Shown piece after piece: positions 1-10,588 of a DNA stretch of 64,000 nt; positions within the stretch are counted from its first letter, which is position 1; each line of letters opens with the position of its first letter. The translations under genes were made by a program, and so were the position numbers. The notes beneath the pieces are model-generated. The model was not told the origin of the DNA, ran no database searches, and worked only from the letters and a program-made list of their open reading frames with translations. Origin of the DNA: Deltaproteobacteria bacterium (GTDB lineage: Bacteria > Myxococcota_A > Polyangia > Polyangiales > Houyiibacteriaceae). Location: the NCBI GenBank assembly GCA_034670305.1, contig JAXMNT010000015.1, positions 1-64,000 of the forward strand. Direction: 5' to 3'.

Positions 1-21
1 GCAGGGCGTTCTCGCAGCCTG

Positions 22-55
22 CCCCTTGCCCCTGCCCTTGCCTTTGCCCTTGCCC
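22..55 (-). repeat. (GGGCAA)n-type hexamer tract, G-rich on minus strand
   Basis: + strand reads ccccttgcccctgcccttgcctttgcccttgccc. Confidence 0.85.
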
Positions 56-172
56 GCGGATCAGCGGTCAGATCGCTTGATCAGCGCGACGAGCATCGCG
101 ACGACCTGCTCGAGGTGGGCGAGAGCGGCACTCCGACAGGCGCGCATGCCGAGTTCCTGATATGGCGGGGGC

Positions 173-1380
<1,208 letters not shown>

Positions 1381-1384
<4 letters not shown>

Positions 1385-2199
1385 CCCGCATCGACCACGC
1401 ACTCGCGCACGCCCGGGACGAAGGACGCGCCGCGCTCATCATCTACCTGTGTGCCGGAGATGCCCCGGGTGGGCTGGCGGGGACCGTCGAACTCGTCGTC
1501 GAAGCCGCCGACGCCGGCGCCGACATCGTCGAACTCGGGGTGCCGTTCAGCGATCCCACCGCGGACGGTCCCGCCATCCAGCGCGCGTCCCGTCGCTCGC
1601 TCGACGCCGGCACCACGCTCACCACCGTGCTCCAGACGATCGCCCAGATCCGCGACCGTCGACCCAACCTGCCGCTGCTCTTGTTCGGTTACTACAACCC
1701 GATCTACAGCTACGGCGAAGAAGCCCTGGTCCGGGATGCGGCCCAAGCGGGCGTCGATGGCTTTCTCGTGGTCGACCTTCCGCCCGAAGAAGCCAAACCG
1801 TTTCACGCGCACATCGTGAAGGCGGATCTGTCGTACGTGCCGCTGCTCGCGCCGACCAGCACGCCGGAGCGCATCAACGAGGTGCGCCGGCTGGCGCGCG
1901 GGTTCGTCTACTACGTGTCCATGACCGGTGTGACCGGCTCGAAGGCGGCCGACCTGCCGGTGGCCGCCGAGCGGGCGCACGACCTCGCGGACCGGATGCA
2001 GTGTCCGGTCGCGGTCGGATTCGGGATCGCGACTCCGGAAGACGCCCGCATCGTGGGCGCGAAAGCGGATGGCGTCGTCGTGGGCAGCGCGGTGGTTCGA
2101 GCCATCGCAGAGAGCGCGGATCTCGAGAGCGCCAAGTCCGCTGTCCGCGCCATCGTCACCGGCCTGGCAACCGGGTGCGTGCGGGACTCGCTGGCGTGA
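1381..2199 (+). CDS. trpA: Tryptophan synthase alpha chain
   Basis: ATGA overlap with trpB stop; [35 protein letters not shown]. Confidence 0.97.
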
Positions 2200-2230
2200 G
2201 CCGGACCCATGTGCCCGTGCCGGCGCGCCG

Positions 2231-2851
2231 CTAGAGCACGCGCCGCGCGGCTTGCACGAACGCTGCAACGAGATCGAGATCCTTCACGCCCGGCCTGGAC
2301 TCCACGCCGCTGGCGACGTCGACGCGGGCTGGACGCACCGCTGCGATCGCCTCCGCCACGTTGTCGGGACCGAGACCACCCGCGAGTGTCAGCGAACGCT
2401 CGCGCGCAATGTCTCCCGCCAGCGCCCAGTCGAAACGAGTGCCCGTGCCGCCCGGCATCGCGCCGGGGACGCGGGCGTCGAGCAGCAATCGTTCGCCCGG
2501 GAAACGCCGGGCCGCCGCCACGTCGGCCGCCTCGGCGATCCCGCACGCCTTGTACGCGAACGGAAGCAGCGCTTCGACGTCGGCCGGGGACTCGTCCCCA
2601 TGAAGTTGTGCCCACGCGAACCCGATCGCTTCGCGCCGCGCCCGCACTTCGTCCAGTGGCGCGTCGACGAAGACACCCACGAGTTCGACCTGATCCGCGA
2701 ACGCCGCCACGATCCTGCGGGCGACCTCGAGTTCGATCCGCCGCGGCGTGCCCGGCCAGAAGTTCAGTCCGAGCGCGTCGACCCCCAAATCCACGCAGGC
2801 GGCGGCGTCCTCGAAGGTCCGCACCCCACACACCTTGACCTGCACCGGCAT
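2231..2851 (-). CDS. trpF: Phosphoribosylanthranilate isomerase
   Basis: VKVCG, QLHGDE, GGTG.RFDW, LAGGLGPDNV, VDVASGVE..PGVKD; start placed at ATG 2851. Confidence 0.96.
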   Translation of the reverse strand: MPVQVKVCGVRTFEDAAACVDLGVDALGLNFWPGTPRRIELEVARRIVAAFADQVELVGVFVDAPLDEVRARREAIGFAWAQLHGDESPADVEALLPFAYKACGIAEAADVAAARRFPGERLLLDARVPGAMPGGTGTRFDWALAGDIARERSLTLAGGLGPDNVAEAIAAVRPARVDVASGVESRPGVKDLDLVAAFVQAARRVL

Positions 2852-3053
2852 GCCCCCCTGTACCACCCATCACAGGGTCCGTCAGACCTCCACAGAGGAC
2901 TTTTTGGCCCAATGTTCCTCGGCCAAGCGCAGCAGAGCGGGGCACCTCGCCGCGACAGGGTTGCAAGGCAGTCTCTCCAACTCGACGAAGAACCCCCCAC
3001 GGCGAGTGCCCCTGCCCGTGACGCGGACAGGTCCGGTGCTATAGGACGCCCAA

Positions 3054-4934
3054 ATGACTCAAGCGACTCCCACGACGGACGTCCTCCGCGAGGCACTCGA
3101 CAGCGTCGTCATCCGCTTCTGCGGCGACTCCGGCGATGGCATGCAGTTGACCGGCGCCCAGTTCACCTCCGCCACCGCGCAGATGGGCAACGACCTCGCG
3201 ACCTTCCCGGACTTCCCGGCGGAGATCCGAGCCCCGGCCGGAACCACCTACGGGGTCAGTGGGTTCCAGATCCATTTCGCGGACCACGACATCCTCACGC
3301 CGGGCGACGCGCCCGACGTGCTCGTCGCGATGAACCCGGCCGCGCTGATGGTGAACCTGCCGCAGCTGAAAATCGGCGGTCTGCTCGTCGTCAACACCGG
3401 CGCCTTCACGAAGGGCAACCTGAAGAAAGCCGGCTACGAGAAGAACCCGCTCGAAGACGAGTCCCTCGCGCCCTACCGCTTGCTCGCGATCGACATCACC
3501 CGACTCACGCTCGAAGCGGTCAAGCCGTTCGAGCTCGGCGCCAAGTTCGGCGCACGCTGCAAGAACCTCTGGACCCTCGGGCTGATGTTCTGGCTCTTCG
3601 GCCGGGAGCGCGACACGACCACCGCGTGGCTCAAGAAGAAATTCGGATCGAAGCCGGACATCGCCAACGCGAACATCGCCGCGATGAACGCCGGTCACAT
3701 CTACGGTGAGACGGCCGAGCTCCCGCACGGCATCGGCATCTACCAGGTTCCGAAAGCCAGCCTCGAGCCCGGCACCTACCGCAACATCAACGGCAACGAA
3801 GCGACCGCGTGGGGCCTCGTCACCGGCTGCAAGCTCGCCGGCATCCCGCTCTTCTACGGCAGCTACCCGATCACCCCGGCGTCGAGCCTGCTCCACAACC
3901 TGGCGAAGCTGAAGCACTTCGGCGTCACCACGTTCCAGGCCGAAGACGAGATCGCCGCCGTGTGTGCAGCGGTTGGCGCGAGCTTCGGTGGCGCGCTCGG
4001 CATCACCGGCACGAGCGGCCCAGGCGTCGCGCTCAAGGCCGAAGCGATCGGACTCGCGATCTCCACGGAGTTGCCGCTCGTGATCTGCGACGTGCAGCGC
4101 GGCGGTCCCTCGACCGGCCTGCCGACCAAGACCGAGCAGTCCGACCTCTTCCAGGCGGTCTGGGGGCGCAACGGGGACGCGCCGCTCATCGTGCTCGCCG
4201 CGGCGACGCCCGGCGACTGCTACTACGTCGCGATGGAAGCGGTGCGGCTCGCGACCAAGTACATGACCCCGGTCGTGCTCCTCACCGACGGCTACCTCGC
4301 CAACGGCGCCGAGCCCTGGAAGATCCCGGACGTCTCCTCCTTCAAGCCGTTCCCGGTGAAGTTCCACACCGAGCAGAGCGAAGACTTCCACCCGTTCATG
4401 CGCCCCGATCCCGAGACGCTGGCGCGCGTCTGGGTCAAGCCTGGGACGCCAGGTCTGATGCACCGCATCGGCGGGCTCGAGAAGAACCAGAACAGTGGGC
4501 ACATCAGCTACGACCCGGACAACCACCACGCGATGGTGAAGTTGCGGGCGGAGAAGATCGAACGCGCCGCCAACGACTTCCCCGAAGCGACGCTCGATTC
4601 GGGCGAGGCGGGCAACGACATGGTCGTCGTCGGCTGGGGCTCGACCTACGGCTCGATCAAGCAGGCGGTGCAGCGCTCGCGCGCCAAGGGCCGCAGCATC
4701 GCGCACCTGCACCTCCGCAACATCTGGCCGCTGCCGCGCGGACTGCGCACGCTGCTTGAGAGCTTCGGCCACATCATGGTGCCGGAGATGAACAACGGAC
4801 AACTCGACTCGCTGCTCCGGGCGGTGCACCAGGTCGACGCGCAGGGTTTCCAGAAAATCGCGGGGCAGCCGTTCCGCATCGCAGAACTCGAAGCCGAGAT
4901 CGAACGCCGCTTCGACGGCATGGCCAAGGCGTAG
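3054..4934 (+). CDS. korA: 2-oxoacid:ferredoxin oxidoreductase alpha subunit
   Basis: GDSGDGMQLTG, FPAEIRAP, YPITPAS, QAEDEIAA, QRGGPSTGLPTKTEQ. Confidence 0.95.
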   Translation: MTQATPTTDVLREALDSVVIRFCGDSGDGMQLTGAQFTSATAQMGNDLATFPDFPAEIRAPAGTTYGVSGFQIHFADHDILTPGDAPDVLVAMNPAALMVNLPQLKIGGLLVVNTGAFTKGNLKKAGYEKNPLEDESLAPYRLLAIDITRLTLEAVKPFELGAKFGARCKNLWTLGLMFWLFGRERDTTTAWLKKKFGSKPDIANANIAAMNAGHIYGETAELPHGIGIYQVPKASLEPGTYRNINGNEATAWGLVTGCKLAGIPLFYGSYPITPASSLLHNLAKLKHFGVTTFQAEDEIAAVCAAVGASFGGALGITGTSGPGVALKAEAIGLAISTELPLVICDVQRGGPSTGLPTKTEQSDLFQAVWGRNGDAPLIVLAAATPGDCYYVAMEAVRLATKYMTPVVLLTDGYLANGAEPWKIPDVSSFKPFPVKFHTEQSEDFHPFMRPDPETLARVWVKPGTPGLMHRIGGLEKNQNSGHISYDPDNHHAMVKLRAEKIERAANDFPEATLDSGEAGNDMVVVGWGSTYGSIKQAVQRSRAKGRSIAHLHLRNIWPLPRGLRTLLESFGHIMVPEMNNGQLDSLLRAVHQVDAQGFQKIAGQPFRIAELEAEIERRFDGMAKA

Positions 4935-4943
4935 GAGCAGACG

Positions 4944-5936
4944 ATGACCGAGAAGCTGACCCGCAAAGACTTCGCCAGCGACCAAGAGGTCCGCTGGTGC
5001 CCCGGCTGTGGCGACTACGCGATCCTCGCTGCGATCCAGAAGACGTTGCCCGAAGTGGGCGCTTCACTGGAGACCAGCGTGTTCATCAGTGGCATCGGCT
5101 GCTCGAGCCGGTTCCCCTACTACATGAACACCTACGGGTTCCACACCATCCACGGGCGCGCGCCGGCGTTTGCGTCGGGCCTGAAGATCACCCGGCCGGA
5201 CCTCGACGTCTGGGTCATCACCGGCGACGGCGACGGACTGAGCATTGGTGGCAACCACCTGCTCCACCTCCTGCGACGCAACGTCAACCTTCAGCTCATC
5301 CTCTTCAACAACCAGATCTACGGACTGACCAAGGGTCAGTACTCCCCGACCTCCGACGTCGGCCAGATCTCGCCCTCGAGCCCGATGGGGTCGATCGATC
5401 AGCCGGTGGTGCCGGTCCGGTTCGCACTCGGCGCCAACGCGAAGTTCATCGCGCGCGGGTACGACGTCGACAAACGGCTCCCGACGCTCTTCCAGGCCGC
5501 GCACGCGTTCCAAGGCACCGGCTTCGTCGAAGTGCTGCAGAACTGCCCGGTCTTCAACGACGGCATCTTCGAGCTCATCACCGACCGCAAGCGCGGACCG
5601 GAGCACCGCCTCTGGGTGGAGCACGGCAAACCGCTCATCACCGAAGACGGCCAGAAGGGCGTCCGGTTGAACACGAACTCGTTCGCGGTCGAGGTCGTCT
5701 CGATGGAGGGCGTCGAGCCGAGCTCCCTGCTCGTACACGACGAGACGAACCGGAACCTCGCGTGGATGCTCTCGGACCTTCCAGGCATCAAGGCACTCGG
5801 CGTCTTGCTCCGCGAGACGGCCGCGCCGGTCTACGACGACGGGGTGCGCGCGCAGTTGGCCATGGCCAAAGAAAAACACGGCGACGGCGACCTCGACGCG
5901 CTGCTTCGGCAGGGCCACACCTGGTCGGTCGAGTAG
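4944..5936 (+). CDS. korB: 2-oxoacid:ferredoxin oxidoreductase beta subunit
   Basis: WCPGCGD, SGIGCSSR, GDGD TPP motif, NNQIYGLTKGQ; GGAG SD upstream. Confidence 0.95.
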   Translation: MTEKLTRKDFASDQEVRWCPGCGDYAILAAIQKTLPEVGASLETSVFISGIGCSSRFPYYMNTYGFHTIHGRAPAFASGLKITRPDLDVWVITGDGDGLSIGGNHLLHLLRRNVNLQLILFNNQIYGLTKGQYSPTSDVGQISPSSPMGSIDQPVVPVRFALGANAKFIARGYDVDKRLPTLFQAAHAFQGTGFVEVLQNCPVFNDGIFELITDRKRGPEHRLWVEHGKPLITEDGQKGVRLNTNSFAVEVVSMEGVEPSSLLVHDETNRNLAWMLSDLPGIKALGVLLRETAAPVYDDGVRAQLAMAKEKHGDGDLDALLRQGHTWSVE

Positions 5937-5958
5937 GGAACGCTAAGCACCGGCGTGA

Positions 5959-7002
5959 TCAATCGCCGGCCGGCCAGTTGCCGATCCACACGTTGCCGAA
6001 CCGGTCCCGCCGTGTGGGTGGGTTGGCCGAGGTCGCAACGGTGAGTTCGTCGACGAACACGTGGTTCGAGGGGGGCATCTCGCCCGACCACCACGAGAAC
6101 AGAAGCGCCGCGGGAACGACCCGGTCTGCCTCGCCCAGCGTCGGAAGGTCGGTGCGGTCGAAGAGCAGGTTGTCGTCGCGCCAAACGCGGAACCTCGCCG
6201 CTCCCATACCTGGGCGGTGGTTGAACCGAAGGTACACTTCGTAGCGCTCCCAGGTCTCGGTGGGAACCGGCAGCCCGTCGTACGACTCGTAGACACCGTG
6301 CCCTTCTTTGATGGTGCGGAATACGTCGGAGGGTCCACGCGCATTGGCGATCATGAAGTCGTTGTGTCCATCGAACGTACGCATCGGGCCTTCGGTGCGG
6401 ACCCGGACGAGGTACTGAAACGGCATCGCGGTGAACTGAAACGTCTCGGGCCAGCGCACATAGAACCGGACCCAGAGTTCGTCGCCCTCGCGCAGTACGG
6501 GGTCGAGCGGAACCGACGCGCCCCACTCTCCGAAGCCGCCCCCGTCCTCCGGTTCGATCGCCATTCGTGCGGCCTGGGCCCCTCGATACGAGTATTCCCT
6601 GGTGACCGTGGTTCTCGAGAAGGTGCGGGGCGGGGTGTCTCCGACCGGGTGCGACTCGAAGTCGTCGTGGAAGTAGGGGACCCAACCACCGCCCGCGTCC
6701 GGGCCTCCGTCTTCCGGTCCCGTCGAACCATCGTCGCGCCCAGAATCCTGACTCGCATCCGGGTTCCCCGAATCCTCGAGCCCCGAATCCTCGCTGCCTG
6801 AATCTTGGGGTCCTGCGTCGACCTCGCTGCAGTCACACGCCCCAAACCCTGTGCCGTCCGGCAGACACATCTGTGCGCCAGCGCACCGGCCCGGCCCGAT
6901 GCACTCGCTCGTTCGACCAGGCGTGCAGGTTCGAAACTCCGGCTCCGTCTTGCAGCCCACGGACAAAAGGCACGCGAGCGCCAACAGAGTTCGAGTCCAC
7001 AT
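5959..7002 (-). CDS. Lipoprotein: Cys-rich module, D/S/G linker, beta-sandwich (polysaccharide-lyase/lectin-like) domain
   Basis: Lipobox-like LSVGC after hydrophobic stretch; CTPG..C....C.G.Q.C.......GACDC; DDFES...W..YEV... pattern. Confidence 0.6.
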   Translation of the reverse strand: MWTRTLLALACLLSVGCKTEPEFRTCTPGRTSECIGPGRCAGAQMCLPDGTGFGACDCSEVDAGPQDSGSEDSGLEDSGNPDASQDSGRDDGSTGPEDGGPDAGGGWVPYFHDDFESHPVGDTPPRTFSRTTVTREYSYRGAQAARMAIEPEDGGGFGEWGASVPLDPVLREGDELWVRFYVRWPETFQFTAMPFQYLVRVRTEGPMRTFDGHNDFMIANARGPSDVFRTIKEGHGVYESYDGLPVPTETWERYEVYLRFNHRPGMGAARFRVWRDDNLLFDRTDLPTLGEADRVVPAALLFSWWSGEMPPSNHVFVDELTVATSANPPTRRDRFGNVWIGNWPAGD

Positions 7003-7136
7003 CCACCCAGAGTGTACGCGATTTCCAGGCTGCAGACCTTCTGCGCCCCCAACCGGGCCCGCGCACCTGCGACTTCGCGACTTCGCGTCCGTCGGCACTT
7101 CCGGCCGGGCCTCCAGAGGGGTACCGTCCGCACGTC

Positions 7137-8561
7137 ATGAGTACCGCCAGCGCGGATTCCCCCGCCGACACCCGCAGTTTCGTACGCAAGATCGACGACG
7201 CCGTCTTCGCGGTCGAGCAGACCGTCGTGGTCACGTTCTTGAGCGCGATGACCTTGATGGTCTTCATCGACGTCGTCGACCGACGCCTCACCGCACCCGA
7301 CAGCAAGATCGGCGAACTGCTCGCGCGGATCGGCGGCGTCGAGAACGAGGCCACGCGGGCGATGCTCGACGGAACGGTCGCGCCGATCCTCGGCGGCGTC
7401 GTGGGCTTTCTGCTGCTCGTGTTCGGGTTTGGCACTGTCTCGAAGGCCGAAAAGAAGTTCGGCGCGCCCACCTTCGTGCGCGCGATCGGCGCCGCCGCCA
7501 TGCTGGCGATGCTGGGCTGGATCATGACCGCGCAGCACGAGGTCGCGGACGAGTGGGGCGGCATGCGCCAAGCCCGTCTCTTCCCGAGCAAGTACTTCTA
7601 CTTGCTGCTCTACGCGCTGGTCGTCGTGCCGTGGACGCTGAAGCTCCTCCGCAACAAGCCGAAGGGGTGGGAGAAGCGGGTGCTGGGCTTCGTGGTGGGC
7701 GGCGGGCTGCTCGCGTACTTCGGACTCACCTACTTCCCGGACGAGTACTCGTGGTCGCTCGAGGTCTCCGGGATCATGCTGCTCTGGGTTGGTTCGCTCG
7801 GCGCCAGTGTGTGCGTGTACACCGGCAAACACATCCGGCTCGAAGCGCTCCAGAAGACGGTGCCCGGCAAGTTCCGGAAGTACGTCATCGCGGGCGGCTT
7901 CTTCGTGGCGGCCGGGTTCATCGGGTTCCTCGCGTACCTCGGCTACGACTACGTCGCGGCCCAGATCGAGTTCCACGCGGTGTTCGAGCAGACCGGCATC
8001 CCCGACTGGGTCGCGTCGATCGCGATCCCAGTGGCGTTCCTGCTCGCGGCGATTCGATTCGCCGGCGGCGCGGTGAGTGCGCTGCAGGGTGGGAGTTATG
8101 GGGTGTCGAAGAACGAGGAGTTGGCGGCGGCCGCGGCGGCGCTGGAGGAGTTGAAGGCGGGCGGGGCGGATGCGTCCGGTTCCGATTCTGATTCCGAAGC
8201 CGAATCCGAAGCCGACGCCGACACCGATGCCGACGCCGACGCCGAAGCCGAATCCGAAGCCGAAGCCGAATCCGACGCCGAAGCCGAAGCCGAGGCCGAC
8301 GCCGACGCCGAAGCCGACGCCGAAGCCGACGCCGACGCCGACGCCGACGCCGATGCCGACGCTGATGCCGACGCTGACGCTGACGCTGAGTCTGACTCTG
8401 ACGCTGACGCTGACTCTGACTCTGACGCTGACTCTGACGCTGACTCTGACGCTGAGTCTGACGCTGAGTCTGAGGCTGACGCTGACACTGACACTGACTC
8501 TGACGCTGAGCCCGACGACCCCGACGACTCTTCCGACGGGTCGAAGGGGGGTGCGTCGTGA
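7137..8561 (+). CDS. dctQ: TRAP transporter small permease (DctQ-like), extended, with long acidic tail
   Basis: Multiple TM segments, E......LWVGSLGAS......HIRLE motif; overlaps dctM start. Confidence 0.8.
   Translation: MSTASADSPADTRSFVRKIDDAVFAVEQTVVVTFLSAMTLMVFIDVVDRRLTAPDSKIGELLARIGGVENEATRAMLDGTVAPILGGVVGFLLLVFGFGTVSKAEKKFGAPTFVRAIGAAAMLAMLGWIMTAQHEVADEWGGMRQARLFPSKYFYLLLYALVVVPWTLKLLRNKPKGWEKRVLGFVVGGGLLAYFGLTYFPDEYSWSLEVSGIMLLWVGSLGASVCVYTGKHIRLEALQKTVPGKFRKYVIAGGFFVAAGFIGFLAYLGYDYVAAQIEFHAVFEQTGIPDWVASIAIPVAFLLAAIRFAGGAVSALQGGSYGVSKNEELAAAAAALEELKAGGADASGSDSDSEAESEADADTDADADAEAESEAEAESDAEAEAEADADAEADAEADADADADADADADADADADAESDSDADADSDSDADSDADSDAESDAESEADADTDTDSDAEPDDPDDSSDGSKGGAS
8180..8510 (+). 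repeat. In-frame hexamer tract encoding (AD/AE/SD)n
   Basis: gccgac/gccgaa units followed by gctgac/tctgac units. Confidence 0.95.
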
Positions 8562-10306
8562 GTTCCGCGAAGAGGGATGGCGCGGCGCCCGACGAGGCCG
8601 CCGCCAAGGACGGGGGCAAGCCGCCGATCTTCTACCTCGTGCTCTTGCTCGCGCTCGGGCTTCCGCTGCTTGGCAAGGGCGGCGCGGTCGCCGGCGCGGT
8701 CATCGGGGCGGCGCTGCTCGGGGTGCCGCTCTTCGCCCTGATCGGGCTCATCACGATTCTCTGTTTCGTCCTGTTCAGCGACTACGACTCCGCGCGGCAG
8801 TTCTCGCCGATGGTCGAGCGCATGCGCGGGCTCATCGACCAGAAGAACCTGGTCGCCATCCCGCTCTTCATCATGAGCGGTGCGATCATGGCGCGCGGCG
8901 AGATCAGCAGCCGGTTGATCGACTTCGCGCGTTCGGTGGTCGGGTGGATTCCGGGTGGGCTCGGCATCAGCGCGGTGAGCGCGTGCGTCTTCTTCGCGGC
9001 GATCAGCGGATCGAGTCCCGCCACCGTCATCGCCATCGGCGCGATGATGGGCCCGGCGCTCGTGGACGCCGGATACGGCGAGCGGTTCAGCCACGGCTTG
9101 CTGACTTCCGCCGGTTCGCTCGGCATCCTGATCCCCCCTTCGATCCCGATGATCATCTACCCGATCGTCTACCAGGGCGAGGTCATCGAGACCGAGCTGC
9201 TCTTCGCGAGCGGCTTCGGTCCGGGATTGGTCATCGCCACGCTCCTTGGCGGCTACTGCATCGTGCAGGGCGTCCGCAACAAGACGCCCCGGGACGAGTT
9301 CTCGTTCAAGCAGGTCGGCGCGAGTTTCGTGCACGGTTTCTGGGCGATCATGTTCCCGGTGCTGATCCTTGGCGGCATCATCTTCGGGGTCTACACGACC
9401 GTCGAAGCGGCCGCATTCAGCGTGGTCTACGCGGTCGTGGTCGAGGTGTGGGTGCACCGCGCGATCAAACTCGACGACGTGCCCAAGGCGTTTGAAGAGA
9501 CCGGCATCTTCCTCGGCTCGCTCCTCGTCATCATGGTCATGGCACTCGCCTTCGACGAGTTCCTCCACGAGCGCGGCGTGCCCGAGATGCTCGTGCACTG
9601 GATGCGGTCGCTCGACCTCGAGCAGTGGCAGTTCTTGCTGTTGCTCAACGCGGTGCTCCTGGCCGTGGGCATGATGATGGACATCCTCAGCGCGATGTTC
9701 ATCTTCGTCCCGCTCCTCGCACCGGTCGCAGTCGCCATGGGCATCGACCCGCTGCACTTCGGCATCATCTTCATCGTGAACCTGGAGATCGGCTACCTGA
9801 CCCCGCCGGTCGGACTGAACCTCTTCGTCGCCAGCACGCTCTTCGAGCGACCGCTCGGGCACATCGTCAAATCGGTCCTCCCGTTCATCGCCCTGATGAT
9901 GATCGGCCTCGTGATGATCACCTACTGGCCCAAACTGAGCGTCGGCGTCGGCCACGTGCTCATGGGCCGCGACATGCCCGAGAGCTTCGGCCGCGATCCC
10001 GGCGCCGAACCCGACGAAGACCGCATCCCCTCGCTCCAAGAGATGATGGATGGTGCCGACGGCGATGGGGACGGCGACGGCGACGGCGACGACGGTGTGA
10101 TGAGCCTCGAAGAGATGATGCGAGAGGCCGAAGGCAACGCCGACGACGGCGACGGCGACGACGACCGCGTGCTCACCCTCGAAGAGATGATGGAGGAAGC
10201 CGCCGAGAACGCGGAAGAAGCGCAACAAGAGGAGGCCAACGAGCCCCCCAGCTCCATGCGCGTCCTCTCCCTCGAAGAGATGATGGAAGAAGCCGGCGTC
10301 GACTGA
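8558..10306 (+). CDS. dctM: TRAP transporter large permease (DctM)
   Basis: [51 protein letters not shown]. Confidence 0.95.
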   Translation: MSSAKRDGAAPDEAAAKDGGKPPIFYLVLLLALGLPLLGKGGAVAGAVIGAALLGVPLFALIGLITILCFVLFSDYDSARQFSPMVERMRGLIDQKNLVAIPLFIMSGAIMARGEISSRLIDFARSVVGWIPGGLGISAVSACVFFAAISGSSPATVIAIGAMMGPALVDAGYGERFSHGLLTSAGSLGILIPPSIPMIIYPIVYQGEVIETELLFASGFGPGLVIATLLGGYCIVQGVRNKTPRDEFSFKQVGASFVHGFWAIMFPVLILGGIIFGVYTTVEAAAFSVVYAVVVEVWVHRAIKLDDVPKAFEETGIFLGSLLVIMVMALAFDEFLHERGVPEMLVHWMRSLDLEQWQFLLLLNAVLLAVGMMMDILSAMFIFVPLLAPVAVAMGIDPLHFGIIFIVNLEIGYLTPPVGLNLFVASTLFERPLGHIVKSVLPFIALMMIGLVMITYWPKLSVGVGHVLMGRDMPESFGRDPGAEPDEDRIPSLQEMMDGADGDGDGDGDGDDGVMSLEEMMREAEGNADDGDGDDDRVLTLEEMMEEAAENAEEAQQEEANEPPSSMRVLSLEEMMEEAGVD

Positions 10307-10311
10307 GCCAC

Positions 10312-10532
10312 CGTCGGCGTCGGATTCGGCGTCGGCGTCAGCTTCGGCGTCGGAGTCGGAGTCGGATTCGGCTTCGGCTTCGGCTTCGGCTTCGGCGTCG
10401 GAGTCGGCGTCGGCTTCGGCGTCAGCTTCGGCTTCGGAGTCGGCTTCGGCGTCGGCGTCGGCATCGGAGTCGGCTTCGGCCTCGGCTTCGGCTTCGGCAT
10501 CGGATTCGGCTTCGGCTTCGGCGTCGGCTTCG
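10312..10532 (+). repeat. Intergenic (NNNCGG)n hexamer tract between convergent genes
   Basis: cttcgg/cgtcgg/agtcgg/attcgg units in constant 6-nt phase. Confidence 0.95.
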
Positions 10533-10588
10533 ACCGTCTCCATCCGCTTCGTCACGGGCAACACCGCCCCCCGCCCTCGTCACGCTGC

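Noticed and set aside
10064-10093. GACGGC repeats as part of the dispersed tract family
   Set aside because: Short in-frame GD linker; insufficient to assign
8096-10564. 822-aa minus-strand ORF starting with an AE repeat
   Set aside because: Antisense shadow of dctQM joined to a stop-free hexamer tract
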